A stretch of DNA of 64,000 bases from an uncultured Friedmanniella sp. (GTDB lineage Bacteria > Actinomycetota > Actinomycetes > Propionibacteriales > Propionibacteriaceae): NCBI GenBank assembly GCA_964251895.1, contig CAXULL010000005.1, forward strand, positions 5,746-69,745. The letters are read 5' to 3'. Positions 40,086-49,060 of the stretch are shown here, one piece after another. Made by a program: the position numbers and the translations under genes. The notes beneath the pieces were generated by a model. The model was given only the letters and a program-made list of their open reading frames with translations, was not told where the DNA came from and did not search any database. Each line of letters opens with the position of its first letter. The stretch's first letter is position 1.

Positions 40086-41033
40086 ATGACGTTGTTACGC
40101 GCGGGCTACCGCACGATGCTGGCCTCCTACTTCATCACCTCGGGGGTGAAGGCCGTCCGCAACCCGGCGCCGCTCGCCGAGCTGGCCGAGCCGCTGGCCG
40201 AGAAGGTCGTGCCCTTCGTGAAGAAGTACGCCCCCGACGAGGTGGCGGGCTTCGTGCCGGAGGACCCGAAGACCCTCGTACGCCTGAACGGCGCGCTGCA
40301 GATCGCCGGCGGACTCGCGCTCGCCACCGGCCGGGGCCGCCGGATCGGTGCGCTGCTGCTGGCGGGTTCGCTGATCCCCAGCACGCTGGCCAAGTACCCG
40401 TTCTGGAGCCAGAGCGGTGACGAGGCCGCCGCGTCGCGCAGCCACTTCGCCAAGAACGTCAGCCTGCTCGGCGGCGTGCTGCTCGCCTCGCGCGACACCG
40501 AGGGCCAGCCGGGCATCGCCTGGCGTGCCCAGGCCGGTGGTCACGCGATCGCCAAGAGCACCAGCAGGGCGACCAAGAAGCTGACGCACAGCGGCACGGG
40601 CGACAAGCTCGCCAAGCAGGCCAGCAGCTTCGGCGACGCCGTGAGCGACGCGGCCGGCGACGTGGCCAGCAAGACGTCCGACCTGGCGGGGGCCGCCGTC
40701 GCCGGTGGCGTGGCGCTGCTGGGCGCGGCCGAGGTCGCCACCCGCGGCACCCGCAAGAAGGCGCGCAAGCAGTTCAAGGTCGCGCAGGAGGCGGCGGCCA
40801 AGCAGGCCAAGATCACCGGCAAGCGCCTGGCCGAGCAGGCCAAGGTGGCGCAGAAGGTCGCGATCGAGCAGGCCAAGGAAGCCCAGAAGGTCGCGGCCAA
40901 GCGCGCCGAGGAGGCTCGCGAGGCGGCTCAGCAGGCGGCCAAGCAGGCCAAGAAGGACGCGCGCAAGCGGGGCGCCAAGGTGGCGAAGTCCTCGGCCAAG
41001 GTCGGCAAGCACATCCAGCTCGGCGAGAACTGA
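40086..41033 (+). CDS. DoxX-family membrane protein fused to a long Ala/Lys-rich C-terminal tail
   Basis: The N-terminal roughly 135 aa carry DoxX-like TM helices. Residues from about 140 to 315 are A/K/Q/E-rich repeats (AKQAKITGKRLAEQAKVAQKVAIEQAKEAQKVAAKRAEEAREAAQQAAKQAKKDARKRGAKVAK). Confidence 0.75.
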   Translation: MTLLRAGYRTMLASYFITSGVKAVRNPAPLAELAEPLAEKVVPFVKKYAPDEVAGFVPEDPKTLVRLNGALQIAGGLALATGRGRRIGALLLAGSLIPSTLAKYPFWSQSGDEAAASRSHFAKNVSLLGGVLLASRDTEGQPGIAWRAQAGGHAIAKSTSRATKKLTHSGTGDKLAKQASSFGDAVSDAAGDVASKTSDLAGAAVAGGVALLGAAEVATRGTRKKARKQFKVAQEAAAKQAKITGKRLAEQAKVAQKVAIEQAKEAQKVAAKRAEEAREAAQQAAKQAKKDARKRGAKVAKSSAKVGKHIQLGEN

Positions 41034-41120
41034 TCCCTCGAGGACCCGCTCCGCTGCACCCCGGACCGCCCGCCCCGCTCAGGGACGGGCGGTCCGCCTG
41101 CGTCCCACGCCTCTTAGACT

Positions 41121-42569
41121 TTGCGGGTGCTTGACCTCGACCCGACCCTGACCGACGAGACCGGGGCCCCGCTGCCCTGGCCCGCTCCCCAGGCCCCGGT
41201 CCCGGTGACCGCGACCGTGACGGTGCCGGGGTCGAAGTCCGAGACCAACCGGGCCCTCGTCCTCGCCGCCCTGGCCGACGGGCCCTCGACGGTCGTCAAC
41301 GGCCTCGACGCCCGCGACACCCAGCTCATGCGCGACGCGCTGCGCACCCTCGGCGTGGGCGTCGAGGACACCGACGGCTCCGGCACCTGGCGCATCACCC
41401 CGCCGGCGACCTTCGCGGGCGGCGGGACCGTCGAGTGCGGCCTCGCCGGCACCGTGATGCGCTTCGTGCCGCCGCTCGCGGTCCTGGCCGACGGACCGGT
41501 CGCCTTCGACGGCGACGCGCAGGCGTACGCCCGGCCCATGGGTCCCCTGCTCGGCGCGCTGCGCGACCTCGGTGTGCGGGTCAGCGCCGACGGCGACGGC
41601 GACGGGCTGCCCTTCACCGTGGCCGGCCTGCCGGACCAGCGGGGCGGCACGGTCACCCTCGACGCGTCCACCTCGTCGCAGCACGTCAGCGCCCTGCTGC
41701 TGGTAGGTGCTCGCCTGCCCGGCGGGCTCGAGGTCCTGCACGACGGACCGCCGGTCCCCTCGCTCCCCCACATCGCCATGACCGTGGCCATGCTGCGCGA
41801 GCGCGGCGTCGAGGTGGACGACTCCCGGGCCGACCGCTGGGCGGTCAGCGCCGGGCCGATCGCGCCGCGCGACGTCGTCGTGGAGCCCGACCTGTCCAGC
41901 GCCGCGCCGTTCCTGGCCGCGGCCGCCGTCACGGGCGGCTCCGTCACGGTCCCGCACTGGCCGACCGAGACGCTCCAGCCCGGCGACCAGCTGCGCGACA
42001 TCCTGTCCGTCCTCGGCGCGGACGTCTCCCTCACCGAGGCCGGCCTCACGGTCACGGGGACGGACCAGCTGCTGGGCAGCGACCTCGACCTGAGCGGGGC
42101 GAGCGAGCTGACGCCCGTCGTCGCCGCGCTGGCCGCGCTCGCCCGCGACACCACCCACATCCGCGGTGTCGGGCACGTGCGCGGCCACGAGACCGACCGG
42201 CTCGCCGCACTGAAGACCGAGCTCGACGCGCTGGGGGCCCGGGTGCACGAGACCCACGACGGCCTCACCATCCACCCGCGGCTGCTGGCGGGCGAGACGT
42301 TCCACACCTACGCCGACCACCGGATGGCGCACGCCGGCGCGCTGCTCGGCCTGGTCGTCCCCGACGTCGTGCTCGACGACGTGGCGTGCACGTCCAAGAC
42401 GATGCCGACCTTCGTGGCGCTGTGGCGACAGATGCTCGACGACTCCGTCGCCGCCTCGGACTCCGAGCTGGCGGTCGAGGCCGACGTCGACCCCGAGACC
42501 GACGACCGGCCGAGCATCTTCGACGGCCTGCTCCCCGTCTCCTCCGACGAGAGCCGCAGCCGCCCGTGA
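41121..42569 (+). CDS. aroA: 3-phosphoshikimate 1-carboxyvinyltransferase (EPSP synthase)
   Basis: [17 protein letters not shown], plus an acidic C-terminal extension. The TTG/GTG start is ambiguous (41121-41131). Confidence 0.92.
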   Translation: MRVLDLDPTLTDETGAPLPWPAPQAPVPVTATVTVPGSKSETNRALVLAALADGPSTVVNGLDARDTQLMRDALRTLGVGVEDTDGSGTWRITPPATFAGGGTVECGLAGTVMRFVPPLAVLADGPVAFDGDAQAYARPMGPLLGALRDLGVRVSADGDGDGLPFTVAGLPDQRGGTVTLDASTSSQHVSALLLVGARLPGGLEVLHDGPPVPSLPHIAMTVAMLRERGVEVDDSRADRWAVSAGPIAPRDVVVEPDLSSAAPFLAAAAVTGGSVTVPHWPTETLQPGDQLRDILSVLGADVSLTEAGLTVTGTDQLLGSDLDLSGASELTPVVAALAALARDTTHIRGVGHVRGHETDRLAALKTELDALGARVHETHDGLTIHPRLLAGETFHTYADHRMAHAGALLGLVVPDVVLDDVACTSKTMPTFVALWRQMLDDSVAASDSELAVEADVDPETDDRPSIFDGLLPVSSDESRSRP

Positions 42570-42591
42570 GCGGGCGGGTCGTGAGGCTCTC

Positions 42592-43605
42592 GTGAGTCAG
42601 CGGGGTGTCGGCTTCGACGACCACGCGGGCTTCGACCGGCCGCGGCGGACCCGGCCGCGCACCAAGGACCGTCCGGACTTCTCCCAGGACCCGGTCGGCA
42701 TGGTCATGACCATCGACCGGGGTCGTTACCGGGTGGTGCTGACGGGTGAGGACGAGGGCCGCCAGATCAACGCGGCGAAGGCCCGCCAGCTCGGCCGGAT
42801 GGGCGTGATCGTCGGCGACCGCGTGCGCCTGCACGGCGACGTCACCGGCGAGGAGGGCACCTTGGCCCGCGTCGTCGAGGTGCTCCAGCGCGAGACCGTG
42901 CTCCGCCGGACGGCGGACGACGACGACCCGTACGAGCGGGCGATCGTCGCCAACGCCGACCAGCTCGTCATCGTCACCGCGCTCGCCGACCCGCCGCCGC
43001 GCGTCGGGATGATCGACCGCATCATGGTCGCCGCCTTCGACGCGCGGATCGAGCCGCTGCTGCTGCTGACCAAGGCCGACCTCGCCTCCCCCGCCGGGCT
43101 CGAGGCCGCGTACGCCCCGCTCGACATCGACGTCCTGGCCACCAAGCCCGGCGACGACCTCGACGACCTGCGTGCCTGGCTGGCCGGGCACCGGACGGTC
43201 TTCATCGGTCACTCGGGCGTCGGCAAGTCGACGCTGGTCAACGCGCTGATCCCCGGCGCGGGCCGCACGATCGGCGTGGTCAACGACGTCACGGGACGCG
43301 GTCGCCAGACCTCGACCTCGGCGATCGTGCTGGAGCTCCCGCCCCACCAGGTCGACGGCGTCGACGTGGAGCCCGGCTGGGTCATCGACACCCCCGGCGT
43401 CCGGTCGTTCGGGCTCAGCCACGTGACGCGGGAGAACATCGTGGCGGCGTTCAACGACCTGGACACGATCACCGACGGGTGCCCGCGCGGGTGCGGCCAC
43501 GAGACCGGGGCGCAGGACTGCGCGCTGGACCTCGCGGTGGTGCGCGGCGAGCTGTCCCGCTCGCGGCTGGAGTCGTTCCGCCGGATGCTGGACTCCGGCC
43601 AGTAG
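42592..43605 (+). CDS. rsgA: ribosome small-subunit-dependent GTPase A
   Basis: Circularly permuted GTPase: NADQLVIV, LTKADL, GHSGVGKSTLVNAL, and a C-terminal zinc motif CPRGCGH. Confidence 0.9.
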   Translation: MSQRGVGFDDHAGFDRPRRTRPRTKDRPDFSQDPVGMVMTIDRGRYRVVLTGEDEGRQINAAKARQLGRMGVIVGDRVRLHGDVTGEEGTLARVVEVLQRETVLRRTADDDDPYERAIVANADQLVIVTALADPPPRVGMIDRIMVAAFDARIEPLLLLTKADLASPAGLEAAYAPLDIDVLATKPGDDLDDLRAWLAGHRTVFIGHSGVGKSTLVNALIPGAGRTIGVVNDVTGRGRQTSTSAIVLELPPHQVDGVDVEPGWVIDTPGVRSFGLSHVTRENIVAAFNDLDTITDGCPRGCGHETGAQDCALDLAVVRGELSRSRLESFRRMLDSGQ

Positions 43606-43615
43606 GGTCCCCCTC

Positions 43616-44449
43616 ATGCCCGCCGCCCGCGCCGACGACCCCCTCCTCCGAGGCCTCACCGACGACCTGCGGCTCGCGCACCTGCTCGCCGACGACGCCG
43701 ACTCGATCACGATGAGCCGCTTCAAGGCTCTCGACCTCAAGGTCACCAGCAAGCCCGACCTGAGCCCGGTGACCGACGCGGACACCGCGGTGGAGGAGTC
43801 GCTGCGCCGGACGCTCGGCCGCGCCCGCCCGCGCGACGCCGTGCACGGCGAGGAGATGTCCGACACCGGCTGGGGCCCGCGGCGCTGGGTGATCGACCCG
43901 ATCGACGGCACCAAGAACTTCGTCCGCGGCGTCCCCGTCTGGGCCACGCTGATCTCGCTGATGATCAACGACGAGGTCGCCGTGGGCGTGGTCAGCGCAC
44001 CCGCCCTCGGGCGCCGCTGGTGGGCGAGCCTGGGTGGCGGGGCGTACGCCGGCCGGTCGCTGATGTCGCCGGTCGAGTGCCACGTGTCGCAGGTGGGCGC
44101 CATCGAGGACGCGTCGCTCAGCTACGCCGAGATCGGCGAGTGGGTCGACGCCGGCCAGGGCCAGGAGTTCGTCGACCTGCTCCGGAGCTGCTGGCGCACC
44201 CGGGCGTACGGGGACTTCTGGTCGTACGTGCTGCTGGCCGAGGGCGGCGTGGACATCGCCTGCGAGCCCGACCTCGAGCTCTACGACATGGCCGCCTGCT
44301 CGATCGTGGTGACGGAGGCCGGCGGGAGGTTCACCGACCTCGACGGGAAGCCCGGTCCGCTCGGCGCCGGCGCGTACGCGACCAACGGGCTGCTGCACGA
44401 GGCGGTGCTGGCCCAGCTGCGGCCGGAGCCCGCGGACGACGGCGAGTAG
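43616..44449 (+). CDS. hisN: histidinol-phosphatase, inositol monophosphatase family (HisN-like)
   Basis: DLSPVTDADTAVEE, WVIDPIDGTKNF, WDMAA-like YDMAAC. Confidence 0.75.
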   Translation: MPAARADDPLLRGLTDDLRLAHLLADDADSITMSRFKALDLKVTSKPDLSPVTDADTAVEESLRRTLGRARPRDAVHGEEMSDTGWGPRRWVIDPIDGTKNFVRGVPVWATLISLMINDEVAVGVVSAPALGRRWWASLGGGAYAGRSLMSPVECHVSQVGAIEDASLSYAEIGEWVDAGQGQEFVDLLRSCWRTRAYGDFWSYVLLAEGGVDIACEPDLELYDMAACSIVVTEAGGRFTDLDGKPGPLGAGAYATNGLLHEAVLAQLRPEPADDGE

Positions 44450-44469
44450 CGACGCACGTCGACGGGGTC

Positions 44470-45081
44470 CTGCTCGCGGCGGGCGCGGGACGGCGGGCCG
44501 GGGGTCCGAAGGGGCTGCGCCGCGACGCCGGGGTGCCCTGGGTCCGGCGGGCCGTCGAGGTCCTGCTGGACGGCGGCTGCGAGCGCGTGCTGGTCGTGGT
44601 GGGCGCCGCCGGTGACGAGGTGGCAGGGCTGGTCCAGAACCCGGGCTGGCCACGCCGGGACGAGGTCGCCGTCGTGCCGTGCCCGGGCTGGGCGGCCGGG
44701 CTGAGCGCCTCCCTGCGTACCGGTCTCGAGGCGGTGACGGCCGACGTCGCCGTCGTGCACCTCGTCGACCTGCCCGACGTCCCCGCGGCGGCCGTCCGCC
44801 GCGTGCTCGACCGCGGCGGGGTCGCCCGGGACGCGCTGGCGCGGGCGACGTACGACGGCCGGCCGGGGCACCCGGTGCTCGTCGGCGCGGACCACGTCGC
44901 GGACCTGCTGGTCACCCTCCGGGACGACCACGGGGCACGTGCCTACCTCGAGGACCAGGGTGCGCTCTGCGTCGAGTGCGGCGACCTCGCGACCGGGATG
45001 GACGACGACCTCCCCCCGACGAACGAGGTCGAGCCGGCGGACCCGCCCTTCGAGCCGGGACGCGGTGGTACGGTGACCTAA
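44470..45081 (+). CDS. MobA/MocA-like nucleotidyltransferase (5' end unresolved)
   Basis: The [15 protein letters not shown] (LAAGxGxR) motif sits at the extreme N-terminus. No ATG/GTG/TTG is in frame between hisN and the motif. CTG at 44470 is a placeholder start. Confidence 0.55.
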   Translation: MLAAGAGRRAGGPKGLRRDAGVPWVRRAVEVLLDGGCERVLVVVGAAGDEVAGLVQNPGWPRRDEVAVVPCPGWAAGLSASLRTGLEAVTADVAVVHLVDLPDVPAAAVRRVLDRGGVARDALARATYDGRPGHPVLVGADHVADLLVTLRDDHGARAYLEDQGALCVECGDLATGMDDDLPPTNEVEPADPPFEPGRGGTVT

Positions 45082-45172
45082 ATAATCTCGGGGCCATGAA
45101 AATCGACGCCGCCGACCCGTCGCAGCACCTCGCGTCCGAGGTCGTCGGTGTCGGCGGCCGTAGAGGACCGCC

Positions 45173-48100
45173 ATGCTCCGCCTGCGTCCGTCGCTGCACC
45201 GCTTCTGGACCGTCGTGCTGGGGATGTCCCTCGCGACCCTGGGGCTCGTCGTCGTCGCGGGGGCACCGGCGGCAGCGGCTCCGCTGACCACCCGAGCCTT
45301 CACGCCGGTGTACACCGCCAACGTGACCGGTGACGTCATCGTCCGCGGCAACACCCTGGAGACCTGCAAGGCCGGGACGACCCAGGCCCAGACGGGGGGC
45401 CTCACCTGCGCGGCGGCTCAGACGGGCGGGTCGCAGCAGAACAACAACTACTTCATGGACTACGTCGACGCGGACGGCACGACGGGCAACACCACCTTCG
45501 ACTCCAGCAGTGCCACGGTGACCGTGCCCGCCGGGGCGACCGTCCTCTACGCCGGGTTGAGCTGGGGGGCCACCACGGGTGCCGGGTCCCTCACGGGCTA
45601 CTCGGCCCTCACTGGCGTGGCGGCTCCCAACGCCAGCCTGCGGAACAAGGCGAAGCTCAAGGTGCCGGGCGCCAGCGACTACACGACCGTCACCTCGACC
45701 ACCGACGACCTCAACGGTCCCTCCTACCAGTCCTTCGTCGACGTGACGGCCGCGGTGAAGGCGGCCGGGTCCGGGAGCTACACCGTGGCCGACGTGCAGG
45801 CCGGGACCGGCGGCGGCAACTACGCCGGCTGGTCGCTGGCGGTCGCGTTCAGCGACGTGACCCTGCCGGCACGGAACCTCGTCATCTTCACCGGGTACAA
45901 CCAGGTGAGCACCACGAACGCCTCGGTGGACATCCCGGTGAGCGGCTTCACGACGCCGGCGGTCGGCGCGGTCACGACCAAGGTCGGTGTGGTCGCGTAC
46001 GAGGGGGACAAAGGCTCAGCCGGTGACGGGATGTCCATCGGTGGCACCTCGCTGTACAACACCCTCAACCCGGTCCTGGACGTGTTCAACTCCACGGTGA
46101 CGGACCTCAACGTGGCGGTGACCGACCGGACGCCGAGCTACGCCAACCTGCTCGGCTTCGACATCGACCGGCTGGACGCCACGGGCGCCCTGGCCAACGG
46201 CTCGACCAGCACCGTCGTGCACCTGACGACGAACGCCGAGACGTACTACCCGGGCATGCTGACCTTCGCCACCGACCTCTACTCGAGCGCGCTGACCGCG
46301 ACCAAGACCGTCACCGACGTCAACGGCGGCACCGTCTCGCGCAGCGACCGGCTCAACTACTCCGTCGTCGTCCGCAACGGCGGCGGCGACGGCGCCTCGC
46401 TCACCACGCTCACCGACGTGGTGCCGGCCGGCACGTCGTACGTGGCGGGCAGCCTGACCGTCGGGGGCGTCGCCGTCACCGACGCGGCGGGCGACGACAC
46501 CGGCGACGTGACGTCCGGCAACGTGTCCGCCCGGCTCGGCGTCGGAGCGACCGGCACGACCGGCGGGGTGCTGGCGCCCCAGGCGACGGCGACCGTCACG
46601 TTCGGGGTGACGGTCTTCTCCACGGCCGCCGACGGGTTCGCCGTGGTCAACACGGCCACGTTCACCAACCGCGACGTGACCACCGGCGTCGGCTACTCCG
46701 GCGGGAGCAACACCCTGACGAGCAGCGTCGTCGTGCCGCCCACGCTGAGCGGCACGCTGACCGGCGCCACGCTGACCGCTCCGTACAGCAGCGGTCTCAC
46801 GGTCAGCAACGGCACCGGCCCCTTCGTCTGGTCGGTCACCGGGGGCGCCCTGCCGGCCGGCCTGACCCTCAGCACCTCGACCGGCCTGATCACCGGGACC
46901 CCCACCTCCGCGGGCAGCACCTCGGTCACCGTCTCGGTGGTCGACGCCAACAACCGCTCCGCGTCGCGCACGCAGTCGATCGTCGTGGCCGCCGCTCCCG
47001 CCGTCGCGTTCACGCCCCCGACGGGCGAGGTCGGCGTCGCCTACAACGCGCAACCGACCGCCACCGGGGGCACCGGCCCGCTGACGTGGGTCGTGAGCGC
47101 CGGCACGCTGCCCGCCGGACTCTCGATCGACCCCACCACCGGAGCGATCACCGGCACCCCGACCGCCTCCGGCACGCCCAGCATCACCGTCCAGGCGACC
47201 GACGCGAACGGGGTCACGGCCACCTCGACCGCGACCCTCACGGTCGTCGCCGCGCCGACGCTAACCTTCCCCTCCTCCCTGTCGAGCCAGGCCCGATCCG
47301 CCTACAGCAGGACCTTGAGCTCCAGCGGTGGCCTCGGACCGTTCGTCTGGTCGGTCAGCGCGGGAGCGCTGCCCGCGGGGCTGAGCCTCGACCGCGACAC
47401 CGGCGTCCTGTCGGGCACCCCCACCACACCCGGCAGCTCGACCTTCACCGTGCGGATCGTGGACCGCAACGGCGCCGTCGACACGCGGGCGACGACGATG
47501 AGCGTGACCGCAGGCGCGTCGACGGTCTCGCTCTCGGCACCGGGGTCCGTACGGTTCGGCACCGCGGTCACGCTGACCGCGGCGGTCGGACCGAGCACAC
47601 CGACCGGCACGGTGACGTTCACCGACGTCCCCACCGCGGGTCCGCAGGCCGGCACGACGGTGACGCTGGGCACCGGCACCGTGTCCGGCGGCAGCGCCAC
47701 CCTTAGCACCCCGCTGCCCGCCTTCGGCGTCAACACCGTCAAGGCCTCCTACGGCGGTGACGACACCCACGCGGCCGCGGCCTCCACGACCGTCGCCGTC
47801 GAGGTGTCGGCGTACGCGGGGCAGGTGATCGTCAGCGAGTTCCGCACCGCTGGTCCCGGTGGCGCGGGCGACAACTACGTCGAGCTGCTCAACACCGGCC
47901 CGGCCGTGCCGCTGGCGGGGATGGCCGTCAGCTCCGACTCCGGCACGGTCACGACGCTGCCGCCGAACGCCGGGATCCTGGGCACCGGCCGCTCCTACCT
48001 CGTCACCGGCGCCGGGTTCACCCTCGCCTCGATCGCCACCTCCGACGACGCCGTCGCCACCGTGGGCGTCGGCGGCATGAGGCTCACCGCCCCGGACACG

Positions 48101-48958
48101 GCCGGCACGACCATGGACGCCGCCGGTCCGGCCACCGGGTTCCACACCGGGACGGGGCTGGCGGCGATCACCGGAAACCCGGACTCGCAGTGGGCGTGGG
48201 TGCGCACCGAGGTGTCCGGCAAGGCGGCCGACAGCCGCAACAACGCCGCGGACTTCCAGCTCGTCTCCACCGGGTTCGCCCCGGTGGGCGGCGCGCAGCC
48301 GACGCTGGGCAGCCCTTCACCGACGGGCACCGCTGACCCGTATCAGCACAACAGCACCGTCATCTCGTCGCTGCTCGATCCCGGGGTCGGGGCGGCCAGC
48401 GCACCCAACCGCGGGTACGTCTCCGGAACGCCCGGCCGGCTGGTCCTGCGGCGAACGCTCACCAACACGGGCGGCGAGACGATCACCGCCGCCAAGGTGC
48501 GGGTCTCCGCGCTCAGCGAGCGGTTCGGGGCACCGCGGGCGGGCGGCGGCCAGCAGCCCGCACGCGTGGCCCAGCTGCGTGTGGTCGACCCTGCGGCAGC
48601 CACCGAGCAGATCACCGTGAGCAGCGGCAGCACCGTGACGGTCCGCGACCTCGGCCCCGACGCCCCGAGCACCGGTCCCGGTGGCGGGCTCAACAGCACC
48701 CTCACGGTGCCGCTGCCCGGCGGCGGGCTCGCCCCGGGCGCATCGGTCGACGTGGCGCTGTCCTTCGACGTCGACACCCGTGGCACCTTCTGGCTCGCCT
48801 ACGACGTCGACGCCTCCACGACCAGCACCTCAGCACTCTGCAGGGGCGGGACCGCCTGCGCTCGGCAGAAGCCCGGCGCACCCGTGGCCGGACGCGCCGC
48901 CGCCGGCCGCAGCACGGCCCGCCACAGCGTGGCCTCCGGGTCGGGACGCCTGCGTTGA
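45173..48958 (+). CDS. 1261-aa secreted multidomain surface/adhesin-like protein
   Basis: The signal peptide ends at AAAAP. The domains follow in this order:
- an unassigned beta-rich N-terminal 375 aa;
- a DUF11-like repeat (about 46301-46700);
- three roughly 86-aa putative Ig (He_PIG-like) repeats carrying GTGPFxWSV..GALPAGL..tG.ItGTPT (46735-47510);
- an Ig-like domain (47510-47810);
- a lamin-tail-like domain (VIVSEFRTAGPGGAGDNYVELLNTG, from 47815).
There is no LPXTG motif or TM anchor. Confidence 0.8.
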   Translation: MLRLRPSLHRFWTVVLGMSLATLGLVVVAGAPAAAAPLTTRAFTPVYTANVTGDVIVRGNTLETCKAGTTQAQTGGLTCAAAQTGGSQQNNNYFMDYVDADGTTGNTTFDSSSATVTVPAGATVLYAGLSWGATTGAGSLTGYSALTGVAAPNASLRNKAKLKVPGASDYTTVTSTTDDLNGPSYQSFVDVTAAVKAAGSGSYTVADVQAGTGGGNYAGWSLAVAFSDVTLPARNLVIFTGYNQVSTTNASVDIPVSGFTTPAVGAVTTKVGVVAYEGDKGSAGDGMSIGGTSLYNTLNPVLDVFNSTVTDLNVAVTDRTPSYANLLGFDIDRLDATGALANGSTSTVVHLTTNAETYYPGMLTFATDLYSSALTATKTVTDVNGGTVSRSDRLNYSVVVRNGGGDGASLTTLTDVVPAGTSYVAGSLTVGGVAVTDAAGDDTGDVTSGNVSARLGVGATGTTGGVLAPQATATVTFGVTVFSTAADGFAVVNTATFTNRDVTTGVGYSGGSNTLTSSVVVPPTLSGTLTGATLTAPYSSGLTVSNGTGPFVWSVTGGALPAGLTLSTSTGLITGTPTSAGSTSVTVSVVDANNRSASRTQSIVVAAAPAVAFTPPTGEVGVAYNAQPTATGGTGPLTWVVSAGTLPAGLSIDPTTGAITGTPTASGTPSITVQATDANGVTATSTATLTVVAAPTLTFPSSLSSQARSAYSRTLSSSGGLGPFVWSVSAGALPAGLSLDRDTGVLSGTPTTPGSSTFTVRIVDRNGAVDTRATTMSVTAGASTVSLSAPGSVRFGTAVTLTAAVGPSTPTGTVTFTDVPTAGPQAGTTVTLGTGTVSGGSATLSTPLPAFGVNTVKASYGGDDTHAAAASTTVAVEVSAYAGQVIVSEFRTAGPGGAGDNYVELLNTGPAVPLAGMAVSSDSGTVTTLPPNAGILGTGRSYLVTGAGFTLASIATSDDAVATVGVGGMRLTAPDTAGTTMDAAGPATGFHTGTGLAAITGNPDSQWAWVRTEVSGKAADSRNNAADFQLVSTGFAPVGGAQPTLGSPSPTGTADPYQHNSTVISSLLDPGVGAASAPNRGYVSGTPGRLVLRRTLTNTGGETITAAKVRVSALSERFGAPRAGGGQQPARVAQLRVVDPAAATEQITVSSGSTVTVRDLGPDAPSTGPGGGLNSTLTVPLPGGGLAPGASVDVALSFDVDTRGTFWLAYDVDASTTSTSALCRGGTACARQKPGAPVAGRAAAGRSTARHSVASGSGRLR

Positions 48959-49060
48959 CCGTGAGCGGGACCTCGAGCGAGGCAGACCAGGTCCGGTCGT
49001 GACGCGGTCGTAGCGCCGGCCTGGTAGACGTGGACCCGTGAGCACCTGGAGAGCTCGGCG

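Noticed and set aside
45097-45287. Small ORF MKIDAADPSQHLASEVVG... starting in the AT-rich tract before the large surface-protein gene.
   Set aside because: It has a weak RBS and poor GC3 after the first codons, and it overlaps the well-supported signal-peptide-encoding start of the 1261-aa gene in another frame.
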